Positions 25,307 through 39,247 of a DNA stretch of 64,000 nucleotides are shown here, piece after piece. Numbering within the stretch: the stretch's first letter is position 1; every line of letters begins with the position of its first letter. A program made the position numbers and the translations under genes. Origin of the DNA: Eledone cirrhosa (lineage: Eukaryota); the NCBI GenBank assembly GCA_964016885.1, contig OZ024741.1, positions 144,398,001 to 144,462,000 on the forward strand, given 5' to 3'. The notes below the pieces were generated by a model. That model saw nothing but the letters and a program-made list of their open reading frames with translations. It made no database searches and was not told the origin of the DNA.

Positions 25307-28300
25307 TTCTTCTGGTTTTATAATTTCACAAAGTATTACCACTAGAGAGAGAGTCGGTTTCTAACATAGACACAAGACTCTCTCATTGGAATTTACACAA
25401 CATCATCTAGGTAGATATGTATGTATGTATGTCTGCATGCATGTGTAGATATGGATGTTATTGTATGTGTGGATGTGGATGTTTTGAGTTGTATGTGTGC
25501 ATGTGTATATGCTTTGTATCTGTACATGTGTATATGCAGTTATTAGATGCAAAATATTTGGAATGTTTTACATATTTTTACTGTTCCATTAATGGATTGT
25601 ACTTGTAGTTTCCTAACTAGTCGTGTTCTTTCTGTTCCTGTGAAGCCTAGCTTCTCAAGATTTGTATTGAGGCAGTTACTAACATATCCCAGTGCCCCAA
25701 TGATCACAGGCATAAATCTGAAGGTGTAATCAGGGTGGAGTATCTGCAGATTTCTCATCAGTTCTGCATAAATATTCTCCTTTTCACTAATCTTTGATAT
25801 TATATTGGCATCTGATGGGCAGCTAATTTCCACTACTGTGCATGTTTTCTTCTCCCTGTCCCATATAATATCTAGTCTGTTATGCCTGCATTTTATTGGG
25901 GTTTTTACTGGAACATTCCACCAGTACTCTTTCATATTATGTACATGGATGTCTTCCACATTGTTGTAGCTTTTAATGTGTTTATTATCGGGGCTATCTT
26001 TTTTACGAACTGCATTGTACAGTGTTTTGGCCACTACATCATGTCTCATAGGTAGATAGTACCGCGATGACATCTTTGGGCAGCTGCTGATGACATGGGT
26101 GATATCCTAGATGTTAGTTCTGCAGAGTCTGCACTTGTTATCACATCTAGGTGTTTTGCCTGCATCCCTATCTCTTTTGTGAATCAGGTATTTCGTGCTA
26201 ATCTCCTGTTCTTGGATTGCAAAAGCGTATCCTTCAAAGTGGGAGCCAATATAGCGGTTGTTGGTCCAAGATAGACTACTTTCCTTATCTATATTACTCT
26301 CACTCTGGAGCTTCCTGGCAACATATCCATGCATGATTTTTTGCTGATAGGCATGCAGTTTTTCATCCATGGATTCACTGCGATACTGCTGAGTGACATC
26401 CCTGGGTGTGAGTTTTTGATTGTCACACAGGGAATATCTCTCAAGGAGTTCCTTCCCAACTCTCATGATCTTATCTGTTTCATGCAGATAAACTTGCTCG
26501 AGAAGCGGGCTCCTACGCTTCGAGATTCGTAGATGTTGTCGGAGAGATATGATGCGACATTCAAATGTTGTCTAGACTGATGTTAGGCCTCTGCCTCCCT
26601 GCTTACGTTTCAAGTAAAGGCGGTCTATGTCACTGTTGATGTGGAAGTTTCCGGTGTTATTCAGTATTTTTCGAGTTCCAACATCAACTGCTCGGATTTC
26701 GTCTATTGTCCAATTGAGTATTCCAAACGTAGGTGTTAGGACAGGCACAGCAAACTACATTGTGAGCCACTGTTTTGTTTTGCGCAGAGAGTTCCGATGA
26801 CCAGATCTTTCTTAATCGGGTGTAGTATTCCCTGGTTACGCGTTCTTTATTACAGATACCATTATAGGTTATGTTCTCATCTATCCCCAGGTATCTGTAG
26901 CAGTCCTCATCAGATATCGGTGAAACAGTTAGACCATTGATGACAATGTTGCTAGATTGGGTTGTTGTTTTTCCCCGCTTTACAGTCATGTATGAGCATT
27001 TATCTTGGCCAAACTCCATTCCTATATCCTTTGAGAACGTTGTAACCAGGTCAAGATTTTTCTTCATCCCATCCATGTTCTTGGCATAGAGTTTCAGATC
27101 GTCCACAAAGAAGTTATGGGTTAGGTTCGTATTTCTGTCCTCCTGTGAGCCAATGATGTATCCCTCACATTTCTTGAGCAGAAAGGACAAGGGGTTTAAT
27201 GACAAGATGAACAATATCACAGAGAGACTGTCCCCCTGAAATATACCCCTGCAATATTTTATTTTATCAGTGATAATAGAGTCCTCCCTCTCTGTCTTTA
27301 ACCTTAGGATAAAGAAGAAGACAGCCTCTCTATGGCTCTGACAATAATGTCTGGGACTTTAGCAAGTTGGAGGGCCTCTATCATCCAAGAGTGGGGAACA
27401 GAATCGAAAACTTTCTTGTAGTCCAGACAGACTGTAGTCATATTCCTCCTAAGTTGTCGCACCTCCGACATCGTAGTTTTGTTGATTAGGAGTTGTTCAG
27501 CACATCCCCAAACTCTTTTCTTTCCAGCTGCTTGTTCATCTGTGATGATGTTATTATTTTCACAGCGATCTTGGAGGAATAGGTTCAGGCAGGCTGTATA
27601 CATCTTATACATTAGGTTCTAGCATGCAATGGGTCGGTAGTTTTTTTGCCAAGTGGGTGTCTTTGTTCTTGGGGACCAGTAACGTTTTTGCTAATGTCAA
27701 CCATTCTGGTATAAGTGTATCTCCATTAAGAACTTGTTGGTAGAGGTCAGTAAGATACCCCCGATAGAATATTAGTTTTTTGTACCAGTAGCCGACAATC
27801 ATGTCTCTTCCTGGTGTTTTCTTATCTTGGAGTTTTCCTATCACAGTCTCACGGGTACCCTCACTTATTTCGTATGTTTTTGTTGTAGTGTAGGAGCAAT
27901 AGTTCTTTTGGATTTCTCTTAGCCACACTGCATCTTGGTTGAAATTCTTCTTTTCACCCCATATTTTTCTCCAAAAGGAATCTAAATCTTTCTGGGATGG
28001 AGCCTCAGTGACACTTATTATTTTGCCCTTCATATCTCTATAGACTGATGTTTGGTTTCGTCTGAATCTTTTATTAAGCATCTTTCTCTCATCTACCTTT
28101 TTCAGGTATCGGCGTTTTTCGCTAACAGCTCTCAATTCTTGTTTGTGGGTGATCAGCTTATATTGAAGAGTTCTGGTTCTACTGTTACCAAACATCGTCT
28201 CTTTTTTATTTTTCACTCTTTGTTGGTGAGGAGTGCGGTTTTATTGTGTTTGCATGCAAGGAGCATTACCACATGTCCTATGTTTTTTCGTAGGTCAGCA

Positions 28301-29416
28301 CTCTTTTTTTCTATTTTAGTTATATATGATGGTATTTTTGGTGGTGTTTTGTTCTTGTTAATATCTCTGCAATCACCCACCAAGATAATGCTTCACTGTC
28401 ATTGCTAAGGCATATAAACAGGCGTTGATTTGCCAAAATGTTGGAGTTTTTATCCGTCGTAAATATTCATCCTCTATTTCGTCAATAACAGGTAGTATTT
28501 CATTATTTGGTTTTTTATTCACCATTGTCATTTTAACACGTTCAGCCAGAGAGATATTTATACATGAGTTAATTTCTTTCTGGAAGATTTCGTTGAGGGA
28601 AATTTTCAATTGTTTATACTTTTGATTATAATTATCGATAGTATTTTCCACAACAGTCGAGGTAGACTCAGATGGTATACGTGGTGTCACATTTATTCGA
28701 TTATTATTATTATTTCTTCGATTATTATTATTATCGATAGTGTTTTCCCCAGTATTCGAGGTAGACTTAGATGGTACAGGCATAGTTGTTTCAAGGCGCT
28801 GTTCGACCTGGCTGCTAGGAAGTCTAGTAGCATGGCGACCTGTAGCACGTGTTGTTGATTCCATGTTTGTTGTGGGGGACTTACAATTAATAATATTTAT
28901 CTTATTTTTACGTTCAACAAACGTCGCTTGTTGGCGTAATTGTTTCGCTGTGAAATAATTTAGCTCTGGGTGCATTTCGTCCCAGTGTAGCTTCATTCTA
29001 TTCATATAGCCAATGGAGGGATTGTTTTTTACCATTTTATAACAATTAAATAAATCATTATTATGTTTGCAGCTCCAAGAGAAATGTGATTTATTATTTC
29101 GGTTTCTTCTGTAGCTACAACTGAATAAAGTTTGATTACCTTCTTTGTTATTTGTCTTCGATACTTCCTTAATTTTCTTGTTGATGTTGTGTTCAGCCAT
29201 GCTGTTTGTAGCAAATCCTTGTAAAATGAATTATGTATTTAGTCGGATATCTCTACGAATTCGAATAAAAGGTGTCTTCAGAAGGGATAGTTAGAAGAAT
29301 AACCAGTTATTCAACCTGGCTGTAGTTGTGGCATTACTGTCGGAGATAGTATTCATCTTAAATTTAATAAATAGTCTCCCACGCCAAAATATGCGACTGA
29401 TCGCGTTAACTGATGG
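25307..29416 (-). mobile_element. Near-full-length R4/Dong non-LTR retrotransposon (family B)
   Basis: Broken ORF 29200-25543 with RT and REL motifs; (TACA)n at both ends. Confidence 0.92.
25543..29200 (-). pseudogene. R4/Dong polyprotein, multiple frameshifts and stops
   Basis: DYKKVFDSVPH, QGDSLS, FFVDD, YRYLG, CRLC, RHD, VVEISCP. Confidence 0.9.
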
Positions 29417-29492
29417 TATGTATGTATGTATGTATGTATGTATGTATGTATGTATGTATGTATGTATGTATGTATGTATGTATGTATGTATG

Positions 29493-29543
<51 letters not shown>

Positions 29544-29605
29544 ATGAAAAACATTTTGAAGGCCTTTCGTTATGAATTTTAAGGTGTAACTAACGTCACA
29601 TATCC

Positions 29606-29703
29606 AGCTTCAGCAAAAGCGGAGGAAAGTAATTGACGATGTCACCGTTTCTCATTCATAAGTGGTTGTCAAGACTACATATCTCTCTGCTTTTGCTGAA
29701 GCT
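29606..29703. mobile_element. Small MITE-like hairpin
   Basis: 15-bp inverted repeat AGCTTCAGCAAAAGC. Confidence 0.5.
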
Positions 29704-29999
29704 AAAAAAAGCTGGAGTTTTATAGAGTTCTGCTTATGTCTATGAGCTAATGAAACTCATTTGCATATGGAGCGGTAGCCCACCCACCATCCATTACAAA
29801 TTTGTATTGGTGCTCCGAAATAGCGATATAGATTTGAACGTACGTATTGTATATTTAACAGTATACGGTATGTTTATGAAAAATACCCAAGGCGCCATGC
29901 TGTGAGACCGAACGATGATTACAAAGCGAACTTCTTGAAGGTTTAAGCATGCTGCGTCCACATTTAAAGTAAATTTCTCAACATTTAACATGAATTTAG

Positions 30000-30200
30000 G
30001 GTGATGGATTGGCTAAGTTGGCAGTGTCGGATAAAATGCCATAGTGACACTTTTTCTAGTTCTTAACATTCCGAGTTAAAATCCCACCGAGGTCAGCTTT
30101 GCTTTTCATCCTTCCGGAATCGATAAAATAAAACACTGGGATTTATTTAATCAACTTTGCTCTTACCCCAAATTTGCTGAACTTGTGCCTAAATTAGAAA
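30000..30200 (+). mobile_element. Degenerate tRNA-derived SINE
   Basis: TTTGCTTTTCATCCTTCCGGAATCGATAAAATAAA. Confidence 0.7.
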
Positions 30201-30228
30201 TCAACATTTAACATAACTTTGTTGTTTG

Positions 30229-30340
<112 letters not shown>

Positions 30341-31121
30341 TCTCTACCCCCCTTATTTCTTTCTCGCCCTCTCTTTCACATTCATTATCTCTCTCTTTTT
30401 TCTTTCTCTTTCTCACACTCGTCATCTCACTCTTTCTTTCTCTGTCTCTTTCTTTCCTTTTTTTAACTCGAGTAACATTCAGTTAGTGTGAGAATAATCT
30501 AAATAAGAGTTTCTGAGCTGAGAGATAAGCAATAATATACATGAGTTAATGGTAGGGTGGGTGAGAACTTTCGAGCCTCACGTACTTACTGATTGGGAGC
30601 TAATGGAAAGTTTTTCCTTTTTTCTTTGCAGATTAGTTTTAATGAATTTAATTGAAGGTTACGCTATCTCAGAGCAATTCACTAAGAATCTCTGATAAAA
30701 TCTCAATTATTAAGCTGTGAGAGCTGAAACATTGTATTAACTATGTTTTTGTTGTATATTGTTGCTGTTTTTGTTTAGCACCAGGTCAGCCCTGATTGAG
30801 ACACAGCTATGATCAAATGCCTTTAAACAGCTATAGCTATTTCACCTCAGGTGATAGTCTTTTCATTACTGATATTATCTACCGGCCACAACTCCTGTCA
30901 GATGGAGGCGGGATTTAAACAGACTATACAGAGCCAGACGAAATATCGTAAAGCATCGTATCCGTCTCTTTAACTATTCTGCTAGTTCAACACCCCTGGA
31001 CTGATGCTGTACCGCCTCGAAAGAAAGTAAGTCAAAGTTGACCACGACGGAATTTGAACGCGGAGTGCAGAGAGTCGGAACAAATACCGATGCCCTAACG
31101 CTATAATGCATCTAGGATAAC

Positions 31122-31415
31122 ACAGGGTGTTTAAAAAATATTGATATCATTTAAGATGTAAATATCCTTGAAACTACAAAATCTAGGACAACGAGCCTGA
31201 GTTGGTTCAATGTTGAGCAATACAAAATATATTCCTGAAACATTTGTCAACATTATAACACTAATTCGGGGTCGATAAAATAAAGTACCAGTAATGTACT
31301 GGTAATGTCTGGCCTTGTACCAAAAGTAGAAACAATTATAACACTAATTAATATATATTTTAATGTGACAACCTGGAAAACAGGTGATGATATTAAACAT
31401 TTTGAAACACCCTGT
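31122..31415. mobile_element. Tc1/mariner-type MITE interrupted by a truncated SINE
   Basis: TIR CAGGGTGTTT.AAAA; SINE 31267-31334 has a 15-bp duplication ATTATAACACTAATT. Confidence 0.7.
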
Positions 31416-32838
31416 ATAATCAAATGTTCCTTTTGTTGGTTACTCAGAACGCAAACATACGGAAGAAGTACCGCAAGTTATCTCATCTAATAATTATGCC
31501 AATCCACCACCCTTTGAATCCTACTTTATTTTACTATACGATATTTTTTATAGATCCCAAAGCAATATTAACATCAGGCGGGTGTGGGGTAGGGTTTGAT
31601 TTGAATTCTGAGTGAAGAGAGCCAGAACATATACAGGAAGGCATTTTGCCCTGTCCTTCGCCGGAGTGAGTCTCCTACATAAGATAATATGGTGCCATTT
31701 GAGAGAGATCTGACTGCTATTTCTAGCAAGAAAAAGACCATGTAGAAGCTCCTTCGTTGGCGCATGTATTTTTATATGTTAGTGGTTTATTTTGGTTATG
31801 GTTTCACTGATATTGTCCAGTTTTCCTTTTCTGTCGGTTTTTTTCCCATACACGACGGCTGATTAATTTAGTTTTAATGTTATCAGCAACATTTCTTCTC
31901 ATTAATGCATAATTAATGCTTATTCACCTCTCATATTCTGAGGAAAAATACCGGCATACTTACAGTTTAAAATGTCATGAACACACACACAATACATATA
32001 CACATACAATACACACAAATACATGTACATACGCAAGCACACACAATACGTATAGAGTAGTGTAATTGCGTGTACGTGTGTGTGTATATGTGTGTATGCG
32101 TGCATGGTGTAACATTTATTCAAGTTAAGACTAGTTAATAAAAACAGCCTCTTCAGTAATAAATATAGTTAGTTATTTTCTCAAAATTGTTGAAATGGAA
32201 AGAAGCATACATTTCTTACTGAGAAATTGGACAGAACTTTGGAAGAGAACGTTATAGGTTCGTGCTCCTGTTTCTGCCACTTTTTGCCGTTCTCAAATTA
32301 TTTAATATAAATATGTCTCTAGAACCCCCCCTTCCTCCATCCTTCGGTCACAACTCACTTTGAATTTCCACCTAGAAAAGTCCTCTCCAAGACACAAGCC
32401 TATGCATGTGCTTTATAGAGGACCAACAGTCACCATGCAAGTCTGTCAAAGACCAATATAACTTGGCACCAATGTCATCGCAACTAATTTTTGACAACTG
32501 CGTTGTCAGGAGCAATGTGAAATAAAGTGTCTTGATCAAGGACACACAACTACAAATACGAGAGAGAGAGTTTATTCTATATTCTGCCATTATTTGAGTA
32601 GAAACAATTATTTGAGTATTTTTGATGTTGTCACTGGTACAGGCAAGAGTGTGATTAAGAAGTTTATTTCGCAACGACCTGGTCTTGACTTCAATACCAT
32701 TGAGTGTCGTCTATTACTGGTTGACCAGTACCCTGCGAATAAATATGGGCCCGTATCTCTTGTTTGAGCCGTAGAGATGTCGTGTCTTGGGCCTTTTAAA
32801 CTTGACAGAGCCCATCATTCACCAGGCCTTGAGAGGGC

Positions 32839-32886
<48 letters not shown>

Positions 32887-33577
32887 TAGAGAGAGAGCCG
32901 GAAAAATACAGCAAAGTTCGAACGACTCTTCTAATTCGGCGACTACAAACACATACTCACATTCTTACATGCATACATACATACATATATATACACATAC
33001 ATACACACATATATATACATACATATATGCATACGTACATATATGCATACATACATATATACATACGCATATGTGTGTGTGCGTGTGCGTCTGCTTATAT
33101 CAGCGTGAAGTGGAAACATAAAAGCAGCTTGCGATATTTATGTACAAATGGGTTATCACTTCATACGACAGGGTTCATTTTACAATTCAGATATTTGCAA
33201 TTTAGTGAAATTAGTACATATAATGTGATGTGCGGCCGATTGTTGCAATTGGTGGTGGATCCCCCCACCTCGCTTTTCCTTTCTTACAGAATGAAAATAT
33301 AAACACATAATATACACAATACTTAATGAATACTTCTTATAGAATGAAAGTATAGTCACATATAATAAATGTAATACTTATGACAGACTAAATCCCTTAA
33401 ATGGTAGCTATATATACAATCATCCACTTTTATAAAAAAAACAAATCATACACAAAACGCCAGCACCAACAGTTTTGCAAGAGATGTGAACATGAATGGA
33501 CCTATTATTTTTATCTAAAGACATTTTTTCCAATTCCACCCTTCCCGTCCCCTCAATCTATTTTATTTCTCATTATT

Positions 33578-33613
33578 TCTTCTGATGAAGGACTAGCGTC
33601 CGAAACGTTAAGA
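33578..33613 (+). ncRNA. Minimal type I hammerhead ribozyme motif
   Basis: TCTT-CTGATGA-A-GGAC TAGC GTCC-GAAAC GT T-AAGA; loopless palindromic stem III. Confidence 0.7.
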
Positions 33614-33693
33614 CCCTCTTCCTGCTATATCAAGCGTTAACCTAATATATACCTTCCATATACTGTACCGATTGTGTTGTTATTTCTGTTTAC

Positions 33694-33743
<50 letters not shown>

Positions 33744-33750
<7 letters not shown>

Positions 33751-34200
33751 ATACTTGGGGAGGGTCATATTGTTGTAATAATATTGCCAGAAATAATAAC
33801 AGAACACACTCACTGTTTGGTTGGTTTTCGCTTCTGTATCTTTTATATCGCCATAGCTAATTTATTTGGCAATCAACATTTATCATTGATTGACCAACGG
33901 TTAAAATACAGATATAAATATATATATATATATATTCTATCAAAGTTCTTTCGTTGCACATCTGCAACATCATCAGTGGTTCTATTATTATGTTTCCTTC
34001 TATTGTATTATATTGTAATGTCTACGGCATTTTTATTTTATTTATTTATTTATTTATTTATTTATTCTTGTCTCCGTTTCTGCGCATGAGTTTGCGTGTG
34101 TGTATAATGTTTGGTGTGTGTGCTGCGTTTGAGTGTATGTGTTTTGGTTTTTGTATTCCATCTTTGTTTAATAGTGTGTGTTTATATGTTATGTATATAT
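33744..34200 (-). mobile_element. Penelope pseudo-LTR/3' end family copy
   Basis: Homologous to 57134-57467, 59418-60042 and 63036-63638; contains CTGATGA-TGTTGCA..TGCAAC-GAAA. Confidence 0.7.
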
Positions 34201-34363
34201 ATATATATATATATATTTATTTATTTATATTTCCCTTAATCATTTAGGTACATTTATTTTTCTTGATTTTCACCGAGGCAAGCTCTAGGATATGAGTTTG
34301 ACCCCTGAGCTCGCGAAATTAGGATATTCTGCTCACATATTTTTTTCACTGTATCTCACTATT

Positions 34364-34550
34364 TGGATTGGCAGTATCGGTAGAAGGTCGGATGCCATGC
34401 TTTGCAGCAAAGAGTTACGGCCCTTTATGGTCTGAGTTCAAATCCCGCCGAGGTTAACTTTGTCTTTCATCCTTACGAGGTCGATAAAATAAAGTACCAG
34501 TAATACACTGGGACAATTGCTGGCCTTGTGCCAAAAGTAGAAACAATTAT
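34364..34550 (+). mobile_element. tRNA-derived SINE
   Basis: Near-identical to 16033-16225. Confidence 0.85.
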
Positions 34551-35073
34551 TTATGGAAAGCGTTTTATCTATATATAGGGGTGGGGTGAGGTATTATATC
34601 CCTCGTGGTCGGCACTTCTTCCCAGTTGCTTCATTGCTAAGACAATGTGAGTTACCATTGTCTGCAGAGTATAATAGTTAGATTAATTCATATATAATGG
34701 TTTGCATCTTAGGCACAAAGACAGCAATTTAGAGGTAGAGGAAATTTGGTAAAATCGTCCCCAGTACTGGCACATTATTTTATCGACCCCGGAAGTATGA
34801 GAGTCTAAAATTGGGGTTAGAACGTAAAACCTTATAACAAATACATCGAAGTATTCTAACTGATTGCTAACGACTGTACCAATCCACAACAGTAGATTAA
34901 TTATATATATTAGCAGCTATTATAAAGTACAAGAAGTTGTGGATTGTGTAAGCGTTAAATGGCAGTCAAGAAAGTTTATAGCTATAATAGGTATTAGCAG
35001 CTAAATTACAGAGTGACTTGATCAACTTGGAATGATTAATTCTTTGGAAACAACATTTACAACTATCCATATA

Positions 35074-35700
35074 CCGTATATACTCGTGTAAAAGTCGAAT
35101 TTTTTTACACCATTTTAAGGTTAAATTTATGGTGTTGACTATTACAGGGCTACTACTTTTGAGGGGCTTGAAATTCAAACAAGAATACAATGAATTACAG
35201 TAATATTATCGATTCTATACATAATACTGTGCATATGACCGATAACTGCTCGGCGTGTTTCGCATCTCAACTCTCCAATCTGGCAGTATCGGTAGAGAGT
35301 CGGACACCATACTTTGAAGCATAGAGTTACGTCTCTTTATGATCTGAGTTCAAATCCCGCCGAGGTTAACTTTGCCTTTCATCCTTGCGGGGTCGATAAA
35401 ATAAAGTACCAGTAATGTATTGGGTAATTGCTGGCCTTGTGCCCAAAATAGAAACAATTATTTTCATAATGCTTGAAATTCAAACAAGGTTTGTAAATTT
35501 TTAGTTTCAGACATATATTTACGATAATATAAATTTGCTTTAAATTTCTGACGATTTTGTAACTGCTATTTCTACATATAGGATGATACCTTAACCCACA
35601 AATGTTGGTCTGTTATCCGTGAAATACTAGGGTCGACTTTTATACGAGCTCTACGGAAAATTCAAGAAATTTTCGCCAAAAATAGGGGGTTGACTTATAT
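35074..35700. mobile_element. pogo/Tigger-like MITE with a nested SINE (35280-35460)
   Basis: Left end TA-CCGTATATACTCGTGTAAAAGTCGA; inverted GTCGACTTTTATACGAG and GTTGACTTATA near the right end. Confidence 0.55.
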
Positions 35701-35936
35701 ATATATATGAAAAAAGTCAGGACCCCGACGGCTGAGCTCCGGCCGTTTCGACAGCTATATATATATATATTTATATATACAGAATGGGGCGTAAACATCT
35801 CCCATAATTGGAGCGAGCATTGTATGGGCTGTAGTGGCGGTAGAGGGTCTCATTCGGTATGTTAGGCTCTATCATTTTCAATATCTATCATAAGTTGGAC
35901 CGGCGAATATCGTGGCTTTGTTGTTCAAGTGTATTA

Positions 35937-37905
35937 CACCGTGTAACAAAAAAAATTTTTTCTCTGTTCCTGGCTTGTAATCACTTTTTTGTGTTGCTTA
36001 GGTCCCAAATAAATAAAAAAAGTGCTATTAAACAGTTAAAAGTTTGGGTTTGTAAAAATTCTAAGCTATTTACTAGAATTATTTGTATGTTGGATGTTAC
36101 GTTGTATGTAAGTTTAATTTGCTAATGTTAAATGATTTTTTTCTATATGTTTCAGGTTAAATTAAAATTATAAAATAAAGAGTAATACCTAAAGAAAATT
36201 ATAAAAGGGCAATAAAGTATAACATTGTTAAAAAGTGGATTAAAGAGATTTATTGATACTGGATTTTCGCACCCTGAATAAAGGGTAAGTTGTGTTTTAA
36301 GCACGAATTTTCATTAGTATGATTAGTGTTCTTTTATATTATTTAAATATGTATTTCCATTTCCAATATTTATTTTGTATTGCATATCAAATTTATTTTC
36401 CAAGACAAATATTCTGATGAAGAGGAGGAGATGGATGCTGAGGACTTGAATTACTTGCCTTGAGGTAGCAGAAAAAGTTCCTCACTTCCCAAACCAAAAA
36501 GAAGTCAATGACCAAGTCCAATGCAGAGCTATTCGTCTCCAGGATGAAGCAATGGAACTTTGTCAAGGAGGAAGTACAGTTGACAAATCAGAGAAGTCGA
36601 CACGAACCTTTCTCAGGCTTTTACGCTCTTAGGGATGGCCTCTGCTTCTGCCATGACGTGTCTGGACTGTTTGACATTATTGGGGTGCCGTTTGTGCCCA
36701 AGGAGTGGCGGCTATTTATAGACAACTCCACCACAAGTTTGAAGGCTGTCCTCCTCCACAATGGAAACAAGTTCCCGACACTGCCCCTAGCTCATTCAAT
36801 CTGCCTGAAGGAAGATTACTACAGTGTGAAAGTCCCCTTGGAAGCTCTGCAATACAACGAGTGCAATTGGGAAATCATTGGAGACTTCAAGATGGTGGCT
36901 TTCCTGCTTGGACACCAAGGAGGCTTTATCAAATTCCAATGCTTCCTCTGCCTTTGGGACAGCAGAGGCACCTCTGACCACTACAAAAGAAAGAACTGGG
37001 AGCAGCGAACAGAATTTGTAGTTGGGACTCGGAACGTCATGTGGGAGCCACTGGTTGATCCCAGGATTGTGCTCATGCCGCCACTGCACATTAAGTTGGG
37101 GTTGATGAAGCAGTTTGTGAAGGCTCTCAACCAAGAATCAGCCGCTTTTAAGTACCTTTTTGAGTTCTTCCCCAAGTTATCTGAGGCCAAAATCAAAGGT
37201 GGAATTTTTGTTGGACCTCAGATAAAGAAGGTGTTTGAGTCTACCGAGTTCTCCAATAAGCTCAATAGGATTGAGAGAACAGCATGGAACTGTTTCAAGG
37301 CAGTTGTTAAGGGCTTCCTGGGCAACTACAGAGCTGAAAACTACCAGCAACTGGTGCAGGATCTGATAAAGGCTTTTGGCGCCATGGGATGCAGGATGTC
37401 GCTTAAACTCCATATGCTGGATGCTGACCTGGAAAAATTCAAGGACAATATGGGCGCCTACTGAGAAGAACAAGGCGAACGATTCCACCAAGATGTGAAA
37501 GAGATAGAGCGGAGGTATCAGGGCCAGTACAATGAAAAAATGATGGGGGACTATATCTGGAGGCTAGTGCGGGAATGCGACCTGGACTACAACGGCAAAT
37601 CCAGGAAATCCAGTCATTTTTGACGTGTATAAGTTGCTTTATAAGTGTTATTTGTTTTTACTTGTTTGCGTTTGATAAGCTTGTGTAATAAAATAAATAT
37701 ATACTCTGTTGATTTAATTATATGAACTGATAAATAAAAAAAAAATGTGTTTTTTCTTGAAAAATATGAAAATTTCGAAATATCAAACTCCTGACCACAA
37801 ACCCAAACTTCTGATTAAATAACAGTGTTTTTTAAATAATAATGGGATATAACAAACCATGAAATGACACTTAGAACCGGGGAAGAAAAAATATGTTACA
37901 CGGTG
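35937..37905 (+). mobile_element. Chapaev3-like (CMC superfamily) DNA transposon
   Basis: Perfect 12-bp TIR CACCGTGTAACA; 3-bp flanks TTA/TTG; transposase ORF inside. Confidence 0.8.
36508..37623 (+). pseudogene. Chapaev3-like DDE transposase, N-terminally deleted, premature stop at 37464
   Basis: WRLFID..SLKAVLLHNGN, GDFKM, CFLCLWDSR and PPLHIKLGLMKQFVKAL; EEQGERFHQD continues after the stop. Confidence 0.8.
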
Positions 37906-38936
37906 TTGTGAAAACAACCGTTCTGTAATAGGGACGCAGCGAGTGTTCTATAGATGATTCACGTTCGGTCCACATGCATCTGTATCAGATAGGAAAACGA
38001 TTTTGCTTTGGATTTCTAACCTTCAGTCCACTGAATCTCCACTGAAAAGAAAATCACCTGGCAGACCTAGGACTGTTAGAACTCCAGAAAATGTGGCAGC
38101 AGTAAGAGCATCCATTAAGCAATCGCCAAAGCGTTCCGTTTATACAAACGCATTACATAGCACTTGGGATGTCAAGTCGGAGTTTGAGGAGGATTTTGCT
38201 TGCCGATTAGAAGCTGCATCCTTACAAAACGATGTTGGTTCAATAATTAACTGAGACAGATCATGCCAACTGCAAAGCCGTAAGTTAACAAGTTCCCGCT
38301 GAGGCTCACTTCCATATCAATAGAGCCGTAAAGAAGCAGAATTTTCGTTACTGGGCTGAACTCCACGAACGACCGCTTCACTCTCCTCGCGTAACTGTTT
38401 GGTGTGCAGTTGCTTCTTTTTTGAAGAAGGTGGTGCAACAGTAACTGTTACCTCTGACCGGTACGTTGAAATGATGGAGACCTTTCAGCACCCCAAACAA
38501 ACTGAACGATTTGGATACAGAACATACGTGGTTTAAAAAGCACGGGGCCAAAGCTCGTACAGCACGACGTTCACTCGGACTGTTGGGGAAATGTTTCCTG
38601 GGCGTGTGATCTCTTTAAGCCCTTGTAACTTTTTCCTTTGGAGATACCTAAAGGAAAAACTTTTCCAGCATCGCCCTCAAACTCTTGATGATTTGAAGGA
38701 AAGAATCAGTGAGGAAACCGATGCAATTCCACCTGAGATGACTCGGAGAGTCATGGAGAACTTTCGGGAACGACTCCATCAATGTATTACCATCGACGGC
38801 CACCATTTGTCTAATATAATTTTAAAAAAACTATTTTTTCTGAAATTTTTAGAAATATAATAATTTTTTCTAGATAGTTAAGTTCAAAATGTGGGAGATC
38901 TTTATACCCCACCCTGTATATATATATCTATATGTC

Positions 38937-39023
<87 letters not shown>

Positions 39024-39247
39024 ATATATATATATATATATATATATATTCCTTATAACAGTCTTTCCTCTCTCTCTCTCTTTGGTTGAGCACACTTCTT
39101 TTAGTGGTTTGTGGGCTGCCCTTTCTAGCAGCTCCTCCCTCAGATACCACTGGTTCACTGCCCTAAGCACACTGTGACATCTCTCTGCCGCGTGTAGCTG
39201 ACGGTCGCTTTAGATTCTCTTAGAGTTGTCTGGAATGTATAGTCCTG

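Larger units (their letters stand above)
35780..38916 (+). mobile_element. Tc1/mariner DNA transposon, decayed, interrupted by a Chapaev3-like element
   Basis: 27-bp TIRs (21/27 match) flanked by TA. Transposase remnants: GRPRTVRTPENVAAVRASI, NKQNFRYW-like, LSPCNFFLWRYLKEK..RLHQCI..DGHHL. Confidence 0.85.

Noticed and set aside
30685-30745. Hammerhead-like CTGATAA..TCTCA/TGAGA..GAAACATTGTA
   Set aside because: The core is mutated and there is no stem I pairing.
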